Part shown: positions 12,624-25,644 of the stretch, piece after piece
How positions within the stretch are numbered: position 1 is the stretch's first letter
How the letters are laid out: each line of letters opens with the position of its first letter
NCBI GenBank assembly: GCA_002104905.1
Contig: MCFE01000043.1
Span: 137,236-201,235 of the forward strand
Direction of reading: 5' to 3'
Length of the DNA: 64,000 nucleotides
Source of the DNA: Basidiobolus meristosporus CBS 931.73
Lineage: Eukaryota; Fungi; Basidiobolomycota
Notes under the pieces: generated by a model
The model's input: only the letters and a program-made list of their open reading frames with translations
Database searches by the model: none
What the model was told of the DNA's origin: nothing
Program-made: the position numbers and the translations under genes

Positions 12624-15600
12624 GGTTATAAGCCCTGAGCTGTCACTCTCTGCAATGTTTACTACTGCTATTACTAGAATTTTTCCCTCTGCTGAAAAGT
12701 TGGATGGATCCAACTACCAATTGTGGAAGGTGAAGATGAAGATGCTGCTACAAGAAAGAGGCATTTGGCATATTGTCATGGGAGAAGAATGCTCCCCTAA
12801 AAATGTGGGAGAGGAAGCCATGAAGTACCAGAAGAAAGAGCCAAGTGCCTTTAACTGCATTTGCCTAAATGCTAAAGACAAATTGCTCATGAGTAAAAAC
12901 AGCAAAGAATGCCTGGAAGGCATTAGAAGACACCTACCAGTTGTGTTCAGCTGCTAAGAAAATGTATCTTAGACAAAAATTCTTTACTATAAAGATGTAG
13001 CCAGGAGAAGAAATGAAAAATCTAATCAACAGAATTACCCTGCTGGTAGATGAAATGGAATCTGTAGGAGTACCAACTACTGCTGAGGGTGTGATAGTTA
13101 CCATCTTGAATAGCCTGACAGACAGGTTTCAGGGCCTTGTATCAGCCCTAGAGTCCAGAACTGAAGATTTCACCTTAAATTGCATATATGGACAGCTCCA
13201 GGATGAAGAATTAAGAAAATCAAATGCCAATAAGAAGGAAGAAGAAAATGCCTTAATAAGCAAGGATAACCAGCAAAGGAAGCACTCAAGACCCTACAAA
13301 GGCAATAGCAACCTGTTTTGCAACTACTGCAAAAGGAAAGGATACACATCTGACTGGTGTCTCAAAAAGAGAGATAATCAGCAAAAGCAGCATGAATATG
13401 GAAATGCTGCAACAACTGAAGATAGACTATTCATATCTGCACTAAATATGACCCCAAACAAGGATTCTCAGATGTGGTACATTGACTCTGGAGCATCTCA
13501 ACGCTTTGCACACCAAAAAGAATGATTTACTCAATATCCAGAAATTCCAATCAAGAAGGTTTCTATAGGTGACAATAGAACACTTGATGCAGTGGGAGAA
13601 GGAACTATCCAAGTAAGCCTTAAAAGCAGTGAAGAATGCCATATACTGACTTTTAAAGAAGTACTCTATGTACCAGAAATGGCCAAGAACCTACTATCTG
13701 TAAGCAAGGCCACAGCAGAAGGACTCAGTTTCAGCTTTAACATTTCTGGTAGCAGGAACACTGATCAAAATGGTGCTTATATTGCTTTGGGTATCAGAGA
13801 TCAGAATCTGTATCAGTTGACTTCTATTCCATCATATCTGGAAGCTAATATAAGTAACTTAAATGAAGAAGCACCAATGCTTTGGCACAGAAGATTTGGA
13901 CACACCAATTTTGATTCTTTGCACAAAATGATCAAAGATCTGCTAATTTCTGGAGTAAAAATTGATCCCCTGGCTAATTTGGAGCACTGTGAAGCCTGCA
14001 TATACAGGAAACAAGCCAAACAACTGTTCAAGAGCTCTGGTTTAATCAAAACTAAGGAAAAATTGGATTTAATTCATTCAGATCTGTATGAACCTATGCA
14101 AAATTCAACCTTAGTCATGATGAAGTATTTATTCACTATTATTGACTATTATATAAGATGCACATGGGTCTACTTCATGGAGAGAAAGGAAGAAGCTCTG
14201 TCTAAGCTCAGGGAGTTTAAAGCCATGGTGGAGAGAGAAACTGATGAAAAAATCAAGAAAATATGCTCTGACAATGGTGGAGAATATACCTCAAAACTCT
14301 TCATCCACTTCTGCAAAATTCATGCAATAAAGCAAGAGACTACTGTACCATACTCCACACAGCAAAATGGAGTAGCAGAACAAGCTAACAGATCAATAAT
14401 TGATATGGCAAGATCTATGATCCATGATCAAAAATTATCCTATGATTTTTGGGTGGAATCAGTTGCTACTGCTGTATACCTTAAAATAGGAGTTATAACA
14501 GAGTACTCTGTGATTCTACTCCATTTGGAGCATGGTATGGATACAGATCAAGTGCAGAACATCTAAGAATATTTGGGTGTACAGCATATGCCAAAAAACT
14601 GGCGGAAATCAGTCAAAATTTGAGCCAAAAAGTGTAAAATGCATATTTTTGGGCTACTGCAATGAGAATAAGGCATACAGACTCTACAATACCAAAGCAA
14701 AGAAGCTGATCAAGTCCAGGGATGTGTTGTTTGATGAAAATTCAAAATTTTCACAAAAAATGACATTGGATGATGACAAAAATTTGATCTCAAGTCCAAC
14801 AATTGTCAGGATTGAAGCAGAGCAAAACAATGAAAGTTTTTTTACTCCAGAGGACTCTACAACTGTGGTTCATCTAGAATCAGTGCCCAGCAATATCCCA
14901 GAAGTGATCATTCCAGTATCAAATGCCCGGAGATCCAATTGGTCAAGAAATAGCCCAAATTACTATATAAATGAGGGTACAAACTTAGCCTATGCCTATT
15001 CAGTCCATATTGATGAATCCCAGACTGTAAAAGAGGCCCTAAATAGCCCTCAGACAAAGTTTTGGAGATCTGAAATGACTGAGGAATATCAGGCCCTGAT
15101 GGAAAATCAAACTTGGGACTTGGCCAAATTACCAATCAACCAAAAATCAATTGGATGCAGATGGGTCTTCAAGACAAAATACAAGGCTGATGGTACAATT
15201 GAAAGATACAAAGCAAGACTTGTAGCCAAAGGATACTCTCAAATAAAAGGACTTGACTATACTGAGACCTTTGCACCAGTAGCCAAGTTTAATTCCATCA
15301 GATTAATATTGGCTATTGCAGCCAAATATAAGTTTTTTATTCATCAAATGGATGTAAAAACTGCATTTTTGAATGGAGAACTTGATGAGGACGTGTATAT
15401 GGACCAGCCTGATGGGCATGTTGACCAAGATAACCCCCATTTGGTCTGCAAGCTTAAGAAGTCACTATATGGTCTCAAACAATCACCAAGAGCCTGGAAT
15501 TGCAAGATAGATTCTTATTTGGAATCTTTGAGTTTCGTAAGGAGTAATGCTGACTATAGTATATACTATAAGCCAGATAGAGCAAATCCAGTTCTATTAG

Positions 15601-16648
15601 CTCTATATGTGGATGATCTTATTATATCCGCCAATAACCTAGAAACATTGGAAGAGACTAAATCCAGCCTATCTAAGGAGTTCAAGATGTCCGATCTAGG
15701 AGAACTTAGTTACTACTTAGGGATTAAGCTCTCCATAGACAGAAGTACCCAGACTATTACCCTAAGCCAATCCAAGTATATTCAAGATATACTAAAGAAG
15801 TACAAAATGGAAGACTGTAAACTGGCAGCTACCCCAATGAAGACAAACCTTAACTTGGTCAAAACTCAACCAAATCAAGAGAGCTTGGTGCCATCTGAAA
15901 GTCCTGACTTTCCTTATCAATCTATGGTTGGCAGTCTGATGTATATCATGCTTGGAACATGTCCAGATATCTCATATTCAGTGGGAGTTGTCAGCCAACA
16001 TAATCAGAATTATGGATCTGATCATATTGCAGCAGTTAAGCGGATTTTTAGATACCTAAAAGGAACTGCTGATATCAGCTTAAGATACACTTATAAGGAC
16101 TCAGAACAGGATCTTGTGGGATACTCTGATGCTGATTTGGGACAAAATTTGGAAGACAGAAGATTCACCACAGGATACACCTTTCTTTACTGTAAAGGAG
16201 CAATTTCATGGAATTCAAGAAAGCAACCAACCATAGCACTTTCTACTACAGAGGCAGAGTATATGGCAGCCTGTGAAGCTACAAAAGAAGCAATGTGGCT
16301 AAGAAAGCTCTTTACAGATTTAGGCCTATGTCAAAAAACGCCTATTACTTTATTTCAAGATAATCAAGGATGTATACAATTAGGTAGAAATCCAACTTTT
16401 CATGCTGAACCAAGCACATAGATATTAGACATCATTTCATACGTGAAGCTATAGAGAATAACCTAGTTTACTTTCCTACAGATGAAATGATTGCTGACAT
16501 ATTTACCAAACCATTAGCTAGAGACAAGTTTGAATATCTTAGGTCAAAATTAGGACTAGTCAGTATGAACATTTAGCTGAGTGGGAGTGTTATAAAAATT
16601 CGTATTTCCACCTAAATATTCACCTAACTTAGTCACTTAGATCACTTT
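12275..16648 (+). mobile_element. Ty1/Copia LTR retrotransposon, copy A (gag-pro-int-RT-RNaseH, frameshifted, 3' LTR truncated)
   Basis: 5' LTR 12275-12623 (TGTTGTAA...TTACAACA). PBS ggttataagccc at 12624-12635. Gag KLDGSNYQLWKVKM, zinc knuckle CNYCKRKGYTSDWC, protease WYIDSGAS. Integrase LWHRRFGH...SDNGGEY...NGVAE. RT QMDVKTAFLNG...LYVDDL. RNaseH ALSTTEAEY. PPT tgagtgggag, then the LTR start at 16588. Confidence 0.95.
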
Positions 16649-19460
16649 TATTGATGATTATACAAGATACACATGGGTCTACTTCATGGAGAGAAAGGAA
16701 GAAGCTCTGTCTAAGTTCAGGGAGTTTAAAGCCATGGTGGAGAGAGAAACTGGTGAAAAAATCAAGAAAATACGCTCTGACAATGGTGGAGAATATACCT
16801 CAAAACTCTTCATCCACTTCTGCAAAGCTCATGGGATAAAGCAAGAGACTACTGTACCATGCTCCCCACAGCAAAATGGAGTAGCAGAATGTGCAAACAA
16901 ATCAATAATTGATATGGCAAGATCTATGATCCATGATCAAAAATTATCCTATGAAATTTGGGCAGAATCAGTTGCCACTGCTGTATACCTTAAAAATATC
17001 AGTTATAACAGAACGCTTTGTGATTCTACTCCAATTGAAGCATGAGATAGGTACAGACCAAGTGCAGAACATCCAAGAATATTTGGGTGTTCAGCATATA
17101 CCAAGAAACCAACTGGAAATCAGTGAAATTTTGAGCCAAAAAGTGTAAGATGCATACATTCTGGGCTACTGCAATGAGAGGAAAGCATACAGACTCTACA
17201 ATACCAAAGCAAAGAAGCTAATCAAGTCCAGAGATATGTTGTTTGATGAAAATTCAAATTTTCACAAAAAATGACATCAGATGATGACAAAAATCTGATC
17301 TTGAGTCCACCAATTGTCCGGATTGAATCAGAGCAAAACAATGAAAATTTCTTCACTACAGCAGACTCTACAACCATGGTTTCAGCCTGAAGCAGTGCCC
17401 AGGAATATCCCAGAAGTGATCATTCCAGTATCAAATGCCCGGAGATCCAATTGGACAAGAAATAGCCCAAATTACTATATCAATGAGGGTACAAATATAG
17501 CCTATGCCTATTCAGTCCATATTGATGAGACCCAGACTGTAAAAGAGGCCCTAAATAGGCCTCAGACAAAGTTTTGGAGATATGCATTGACTGAGGAATA
17601 TCAGGCTCTATTGGAAAATCAAACTTGGGACTTGGTCAAATTACCAATCAACCAAGAATTGACTGGATGCAGATGGATCTTTAAGACAAAATACAAGGCT
17701 GATGGCACAATTGGAAAATATAAGCAAGACTTGTGGCCAAAGGATACTCCTAAACAAAAGGACTTGACTACAATGAGACCTTTGCACAGGTAGCCAAGTC
17801 TAATTCCATCAGATTAATATTGGCAATTGCGGCCAAATATAGGTTTTTTATCCATCAAATGGATATGAAAACTGCATTTTTGAATGCAGAGCTGGATGAT
17901 AATGTGTATATGAACCAGCCTGATGGGTTTGCTGGCCAAGATAATCCTCATTGGGTCTGCAAGCCTAAAGGGTTTCTATCAGTGCTTAAGCATTTAGCAA
18001 GTGACTGGAATTGCAAAACAGATTCTTATTTGAAATGCTTGAGTTGCCAAAGGAGTAATGCTGACTATAGTATATACTATAAGCCAGATAGAGCAAATCC
18101 AGCTCTATTAGCTCTATATGTGGATGATCTTATTATAGCTGCCAATAACTTAGAAACATTGGAAGATACTAAATCCAGCCTACTTAAGGAGTTCAAGATG
18201 TCTGATCTAGGGAACTCAGTTACTACTTAGGGATTAAGTTCTCCATAGACAGATGTATCCAGACTATTACCCTAAGCCAATCCAAGTATATTCAAGATAT
18301 ACTAAAGAAGTACAAAATGAAAGACTGTAAACCAGCAGCCTACCCCAACAGAGAACAAACCTTAACTTGATCAAAACTCAACCAAATCAAGAGAGCTTCA
18401 GTGCCATCTGAAAGCCATGACTTTCCTTATCAATCTATGAGTTGGCAGTCTGATGTATATCATGCTTGGAACATGTTCAGATATCTCATATTCAGTGGGA
18501 GCTGTCAGCCAGCATAATCAGAACTATGGATCTGATCATATTGCAGCAGTTCAAGTGGATTTCAGATAACCTAAAAGGAACTGCTGATATCTGCTTAAGA
18601 TATGCTTATAAGAATTCAGAACAGGAACTTGTGGGTTACTTTGATGCTGATTGGGGACAAAATTTGGAAGACAGGAGATCCACTACAGGATACACCTTTC
18701 TTCACCGTAAAGGAGCAATATCATGGATACTCAAAAAAGCAACCAAATGTAGCACATTCTACCACAGAGGCAGAGTATATGGCAGCCTGTGAGGCAACAA
18801 AAGAAGCAATGTGGCTAAGGAGGCTTTTTAAAGATTTATGCTTGTGTCAAAAACACCTATTACTTTATTTCAAGATAATCAGGGATGTATACAATTAGGT
18901 AGAAATCCAGCTTTTCATGCTAGAACTAAGCACACAGATATTAGACATCATTTCATAGGTGAAGCTATAAAGAGTAGCTTAGTTAACTTGGCTTATTGTC
19001 CTACAGATGAAATTACTGCAGACATGTTTACTGAACCCTTGGCTAGAGATAGTTTGAATATCTTAGGTCAAAATTAGGACAAATAAGTATAAACATTTAC
19101 TTGAGTGGGAGTGTTGTAAAAACTTGTAACTCCACCTAAATGCTCTCCTAACTTAGTTGCTTAGATCATTACCTCCAAATCCCAGAGAATACTGACTAAA
19201 ATCCTTTTTGGGATTTACTTGGAATATTTTCACTAAAAAATCAGGTACCCAGAATATGATAATTGTCACAGTTGTCCAACCAGCCTCAACCTTTGCACAT
19301 ATGCTCTTGGGACCTTCCTAAACCTATTCAGCGTGTTTATTATGCCAAGATCATGTAAAAGTATAAATACTACTTTTACATTCAATATATCATTAAGTGA
19401 GATCCACACAATCTACTTGTTCTCCCAGTCACTTCCAATATCTCCAAGACTCTTACAACA
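16649..19460 (+). mobile_element. Ty1/Copia copy B (5'-truncated, from integrase to 3' LTR)
   Basis: Diverged, frameshifted duplicate of the int-RT-RNaseH of copy A (ORFs 16686-17045, 17820-18230, 18602-19077). PPT ttgagtgggag at 19101-19111. Complete LTR 19112-19460. Confidence 0.9.
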
Positions 19461-19599
19461 GCTTATTGGCCACTGAGTCAATTGGCAGCTCACAGCTTCA
19501 CAATGCTTTTGGACTAATCAACCACTGTTATATCACTTAATCAGAATGATGGTAACCGAAATGATAAATATCAGTATAATGTGTAGTGTGATAAGCTTT

Positions 19600-20535
19600 C
19601 ACAACCATTAACATTAAAGACAAATGTCCAAATACCTGATTGTACCTACCATCATAGTGGTATCCAATTGTGCCTGCAATACAAACTTTACAAGTTGGTC
19701 CAATCATCTGTGCCAACCTCATTGTATCAGAATGTGCTATAGTGTGCAAGATTGTCCCACATAGTGCCATATTGCCCAAAAGCAATCCTGCCTGCTGGTA
19801 GCTATATTATTGCACCCAATCATCCATAGAGTTCATGGATTGTGCTGTACACCCTGGCACAGTAGAATGGAACAAGTTCAATACATGGATGATCTTATAA
19901 GAAGCAACTAATAGCCCAAAAAAGCCCCAAAGTGACTAAATTCAGCCCATATGTGGAGTTCAATATGTCCAATATGGGTGAGCTCTTTCACTGCTTGAGG
20001 ATAAGGCTCTTCATAGACAGAGGTACTCAGATTGTTACCTTTACTCTGTCCAGGAAAACTCAAGGCATACTGGAAGGTAGCAAATGGAAGACTGTACACC
20101 AGCTGCCACCTCAGTGAAGACACACCAAGATGTGGTCAAACATCAGCCAAATCCATTGTCAGACTTTTGGAGATATCCAAAGTGATTGGAACATATGGTT
20201 TTCACTTACCAATATATTGAATGCAACAGTAGTATTTATACTTTTAGATGGTCTTGGCAAGATAAACACATGCTATATGCTAGGAAGCTCCCAAGAATGT
20301 GTGCGCACAACTTGGGGTTGTTTGCACAACTTTAGGAAATTTCATGTTCTTGATACCTGATGTCTTGGTGAAAATATTTCAAGTAAATCATAGCAGGGTA
20401 TTAGGTAGAATTCTCTATGATTTGTAAGCTATGACCTTGGTGACCAAGTTAGGTCAGTGTTCAGGTGTAATTATGAAATTTACAACAAAATCAAGAGTTG
20501 CTTTGTATCATTTGAATGCCCAGACCTCCCTTGTC
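19600..20535. repeat. Second copy of the old Copia relic block
   Basis: Direct repeat of 11200-12142, including ORF 19932-20117 MTKFSPYVEFNMSN. Confidence 0.7.
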
Positions 20536-21592
20536 CTATCATATGACCATCAAAGGAGCATCTGGCCGGAGTTCACTGCTGTGGCTCACTTGGCCAATCC
20601 ATACCTACCAGTAAGCGGGGGGAGGGGGGGTTCCACCTAGATCCAAGTGTTGGGGAAGACCAGATCACTGTGGTACCCCCTTCCAGTTGGGTTTGGACAG
20701 GGAACACGTACCACTAGTCACCATATAGCAGCTTCATGGCAATTGGTGCGTGCTGTGTATTGATGAGCGAGTGACCAACATGAAAATCTACCATAGGGAG
20801 GGAGGAGGGCGACCGGACAAAGCACTGATCGCTCTCATGGGATGGTGTGAGCATCGCCACGGCATGGGTACATCCATGTAGATCCAACATTGCCAGCCTC
20901 CCCCTAAAACCCGGTGGCTTGGCTCCATGGTAAGATTCAAGTCTCATCAACCATCTTCACGGCCAGTGGTGGGCCAGGTAGTTTGGATACGGAAGCGGTC
21001 ATGGCATCTTGGGTCATCCAGGTGAGGGTACACACCGCAAGTACCAAGCTGTGACCACATTCGGTGGACTCGGTTGGGCGTCAACACAATTGAGGCGACG
21101 TGCAGCGTTCCAAACCCAATTTGGATCCCCACCCAACCAGGTAGGAACTTGTCTGGGGGGGTAGATTGTAGCCCAGGGGGGGGGAATGATTGGCTGAAGG
21201 GGAAAATTCACGAGCCACCAAACCCATCCCGGACAGAGCGGGTAGCGTGCAGTGGTGGCGAACATGGGTGAAGGATGAGATGATCCGGTGACGCGATGAT
21301 GGTGGCATCCTAGAGTAACCACCACGGTGATGGCGAGATTGACCGGGCAAGTGGGGTGATTGGTCCACCAGCTTCACACTCACCGCACGTTATTTTTACC
21401 ATCTGTCGGATGGGAGCGACCATCCACTGGCCAGGTTTGACCCTTGGTATGCATACGTAACAATGGCGAGGGGGAGAGAATGCAGTGGATGGTGGGCCAG
21501 AGTATAAAATCCCTCCCGACATTCCCGACATGGGACTTCGTATCCAATCCTCGATCCTCGACCCACTTCCCTCAATCCCACTTCCCTTCACC

Positions 21593-22204
21593 ATGGTCAA
21601 GATCTACATCATCATCCACACCGTTTACCACCACATCTACCAACTCGCCCTTGCCATCAAGGAAGGCGTCGAGAAGGTTCCCGGCGTGGAGGTCTCCCTC
21701 TTCCAGGTCCCCGAAACCCTATCGGAGGAGGTGTTGGCCAAGATGCACGCCCCACCCAAGCCGGACATTCCGGTGATCACCCCGGCGCAGTTGGAGGAAG
21801 CGGACGGCTTCATCTTCGGCATCCCCACCAGATACGGCACCCAGCCAGGTCAGTGGAGAGCATTCTGGGACGCGACCGGCTCCCTGTGGGCCCGTGGCGC
21901 TTTGGCCAAGAAGTTCGCCACCACCTTCTTCTCCACCGCGTCCCAACACGGCGGACAGGAGACCACCGCATTGACCTCGCTGACCACCTTGGCCCATCAC
22001 GGAATCATCTACGTTCCCCTTGGCTACACCTCGCCCCATCTCACTGACAACAGCGAGGTGCTCGGGGGCAGCGCGTACGGCGCGGGCACCATCGCCGGTG
22101 GAGACGGCTCTCGCAAACCATCCGCCAAGGAGTTGGAGGTGGCCAACCACCAAGGGGAGTACTTTGCCAAGATTGTCCAGCAGTATGTCCGCGGTGCCCA
22201 GTAA
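21593..22204 (+). CDS. NAD(P)H:quinone oxidoreductase, WrbA/flavodoxin-like (Pst2/Ycp4 family), 203 aa, intronless
   Basis: MVKIYIIIHTVYHH, ADGFIFGIPTRYG, FWDATGSLW, FFSTASQHGGQETT, GGSAYGAGT. Start placed at ATG 21593 (ccATGg) rather than the ORF-finder start 21485. TATA-like TATAAAA at about 21503. Confidence 0.95.
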   Translation: MVKIYIIIHTVYHHIYQLALAIKEGVEKVPGVEVSLFQVPETLSEEVLAKMHAPPKPDIPVITPAQLEEADGFIFGIPTRYGTQPGQWRAFWDATGSLWARGALAKKFATTFFSTASQHGGQETTALTSLTTLAHHGIIYVPLGYTSPHLTDNSEVLGGSAYGAGTIAGGDGSRKPSAKELEVANHQGEYFAKIVQQYVRGAQ

Positions 22205-22605
22205 TTGCCCCTGGAGCGCGCTATCTGCAACCTTTCCCCCTTCCCGCGGCCCCTCCCCTCCACTCCAACATCCACACCACCCCTATGTCGCCACCCCCCC
22301 CTGGTGCTCACATTCTCCATAATAAACCAACTCAAACCAACAAACCCTGACATCAGTGTTACATAAGTTGTGTCAGCATGAGACGGACGGGACCTGATGT
22401 CGTCATTCGGCTGACGTCACCCAACCATCCCTTCCTACGCGTCCCAGCGGACCAGTGTTTGAGGAATATATATTGTGGCCTGGCCATGGGCAGAGCAGAA
22501 AACTCCAGTAAACCAACGAAAGCCACGTTGGCTATATACACCCAAACACACCCAACCCACAGCCATACCACAGCACCACATCACGTTACATCCCCCCCAC
22601 CAACC

Positions 22606-23159
22606 ATGACATCCACTAACAAGGTAGGTTCATCGAGCTGCGACGAGAGAGAGGAGAGACTGACCCCTGGACAGGAAGGACCCTCAGGAAACACGCTCGC
22701 CGGTCTGAGAGACACGGTGTCCGGCAAGGCGAAGGTAAGGGTTGGGATTACGGGTGAACGGAAGCGATGGTAAGGGAACTAACCAAACCTTGGTTGCTTT
22801 CCGGTGTTTACCACGACCAGGAAGAGATCGGGGAGCTGACGGGGAACCCGGAGATGGGCGGGGTGGGGAGCTACGAGAAGCAGCTTGGTCAACAGGAGCT
22901 CGCCGCCCCGGACGGCCCGCGACTGAGAAAGGGTCTGGGAACGGGCGGCCCGAACGAATCCGCGGACCAGACGAAACGAACGGTCGAGGATGATCAGGAG
23001 ATCGATGTGGCCAGGGCCTCGGAGTACGCGGAAGGAGCGGGCACGAAGGTGGCGGGAATCATCGAGTCGGTGGTTGGAAGTATCATCGGGGACGAGTCGC
23101 TCAAGGACCAAGGGGAAAGTAAGAAGATCGAAGGGGAACTTCAGATGCGCAACGCCTGA
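22606..23159 (+). CDS. CsbD-like (UPF0337-type) general stress protein with two CsbD-like repeats; predicted exons 22606-22623, 22675-22734, 22821-23159 (138 aa)
   Basis: GT-AG introns 22624-22674 and 22735-22820 with CTGAC/CTAAC branch sites join in frame. GLRDTVSGKAKEEIGELTGN and GTKVAGIIESVVGSIIGDESLKDQGESKKIEGE resemble CsbD repeats. Confidence 0.7.
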
Positions 23160-23408
23160 CCCCAACCCTAACCCAATCTGACCTGATCATCCACCTATCC
23201 ACTGACCGTTTGTCGCGTACACCCACTCGGGAAGGGAACCTCCGCCAATCATGGCACTTACGAAGGATCCAGACAACAAACCACCCACCTAATAAACACC
23301 CATTCCCAGACCGCAATCTTGATTGGTCCCTCGATCGGTAGTTGTAAATAAACCGTGGATCGAGCATTTATTTGCCCATCACATATCGATATCGCCACTT
23401 ACCGAGTC

Positions 23409-24443
23409 ATGACTCTACATCCACCCATCCCTCCCCCGAAGCCCATTTTCAGGGATTCGTCCGAGGGGCAGCCCGTCCCTCCGCCCAGACCGACGGCTCC
23501 CCCCGCTCCCTTTGACAGGGAAGACACGAACTTACACGAATGCGACCAAGAGGGCGTCGAGGGTAGTCAAGCCCGCACCTCACTCATCAGCGCGAAACAA
23601 GGTTGCCTACCCGTGGTGCCTCTGGAAGGGGGGAGGCGGCCCAACGAGAAGCCCGGATCCAGAAGAAAGGAGCTGCCCTCCCTGCCTGTGCACGAGAAAC
23701 ACGTCTACCGGGAGTTGGTGAGAGAGGGGCCAGAGAACGGGGCTGGACTGTTGTTGGAGGAAGAGGGAAGCGGGAGCGGGAACATGGCGAAGGTGGATCA
23801 TATGAGCTTCGTCCGTGTCCAAACCGCGTCATCCCATCCAAATTCCCATGATACCAGGTCGGATACCCATCCCGATACCGAATCCCCTCCTTACGTCAAT
23901 CCAGCCGTACCCGTCAACTCTAAACCCCACAAATATGGTCAGTTGGTGGGACAAACCAGATCCACCAAACCATTGCCGAAGCCTCGTACCACCTCGGGGG
24001 CATTGGAGCTGGCCCAAAGCGAGCTCAAGCTAGCCTACTTCCAGGTGAACTCTCTACAGCAGCGGGTGTCGAGCCAGCAGGAAGAACTGGACCGGCAGCG
24101 GGCACGGGAGGAGCAGCACGCGAGGGAGCGCTCCGAGCTGGTCCTGCGCAACCTGGAGATGTCGGAAACGGAGGCCCGCCTCAGGGCAGAGATATCGGGG
24201 ATGCGGGAGGCGATGTCTCGGTTGGAAACGGAGAACGCCCGCCTGACCAGGGAGATGGAGAAGCTCACGGTGGAGAATGAGCGCCGATTGCTGGCGGTCG
24301 AGCGACAATCTGCCTACCTCAAGGCGGAGCTGATCAAAAGCGCCACGTTCGCCGACTCGGCGGTTCAGCAGATCCTGATGGGGGCCACGAACGTGGGCCA
24401 GGTGGCTGCCTGCTTGGGCAGCCTAGGTAAGATCGACCCGTAG
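23409..24443 (+). CDS. Hypothetical protein, Pro-rich disordered N-terminus and C-terminal coiled coil (about 344 aa)
   Basis: Long open ORF in the gene island. E/R/Q/L-rich heptads from ALELAQSELK to AYLKAEL. No recognised domain. Start uncertain. Confidence 0.65.
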   Translation: MTLHPPIPPPKPIFRDSSEGQPVPPPRPTAPPAPFDREDTNLHECDQEGVEGSQARTSLISAKQGCLPVVPLEGGRRPNEKPGSRRKELPSLPVHEKHVYRELVREGPENGAGLLLEEEGSGSGNMAKVDHMSFVRVQTASSHPNSHDTRSDTHPDTESPPYVNPAVPVNSKPHKYGQLVGQTRSTKPLPKPRTTSGALELAQSELKLAYFQVNSLQQRVSSQQEELDRQRAREEQHARERSELVLRNLEMSETEARLRAEISGMREAMSRLETENARLTREMEKLTVENERRLLAVERQSAYLKAELIKSATFADSAVQQILMGATNVGQVAACLGSLGKIDP

Positions 24444-25644
24444 GCCGGGGTCGGGAGTGTACAGTTGAAGGAAGAATACGTCGGGGATGGGATGCACGTA
24501 TTATTGTGAATAAACAAGTCGGGTTTTATTGATGAATCTCGTTATGTCCATTGATCGGGTTGGTCCTGCTTAATGATGGACCACAGAAACATCCCGTTGT
24601 ACCCCAACACCAAGGAGGCAACGCAGCCGAGAGTGATCAGCGGGCTTACGCTGGGCTTCCCCTGGCCTTGCTCTAGAAATGGAGGTTAGTCCTGGCTCGA
24701 ACGACATCCCCCGAGAATTCCTTACCAAAACTGCTCTCCAAGCCTAGCGAGCAGCCCACGAGCGCCAGGACGAAGAGAAGCGCGGGTGTTGGGTGGTTCA
24801 TGATGGCACGGAAGAGAGCGCGTGTCGGTGCGGCTATATATGGCACCGTCGGATGCAGGAGCGTTTCGAGGACCACTTGGAACCGCAATCCATGGTAACT
24901 TGGAGCGTTGAAACGCAGATGAGACGTACATGTCGCAAGCGGGCCTCACATCATTTCCAATTAGGAGCCAATCGATATCTGGGATCCATTTGATGGCCAT
25001 TTGATGGCCATTTGAGGGATTAATTGAGCCAAAAGCTGGTCGAGCTATCTTTCCATAAATGGGCCACCAGTTAGACTACATCAACATGGAATAGGAAGGC
25101 AGGAAAGGTGGACAGACTCTAGATGCGATCAGTGAATGCGTCATCAATAGGCATCCTCCTCAGCACCCGCACCCGCGGTTGAATCTTGAACACCGCCACA
25201 TTCCGGAATCAACGGCCAGGATCAGAAGCCACCAGGCTACACAGGTATCTGGCTCGTATCGTGTCGAGGATCAATAAGGATTGATTGAATGGAAATTCGA
25301 CACCGCTTCTCGCCACGATGGCCATAAACAGCATTCTCGGATACGACCTGATCTACGTATTTTGGGAATGAGGTTGGGATCATGAACAAGCACTCAGATC
25401 TACGCATTTGGGAATGCAGTTGTGATCATGGATGAGCACTTCATTCGCTCACCGGTGATTCAGATTCAATTTCAATACCAGGGACTTCGTAATGGGTGAC
25501 ATCAGGCGGTTCTGGCCAATCAGGGCCGCGATCCCGATAGCCACCTTATGGGGAGTCGCTGGTGTCGATAAAGCATGGCCGAGGAGTATAAATGGGCCGC
25601 ACCCGCTGAATCATCCCCTCGTAATTCCCATTCGATCCATTGAA

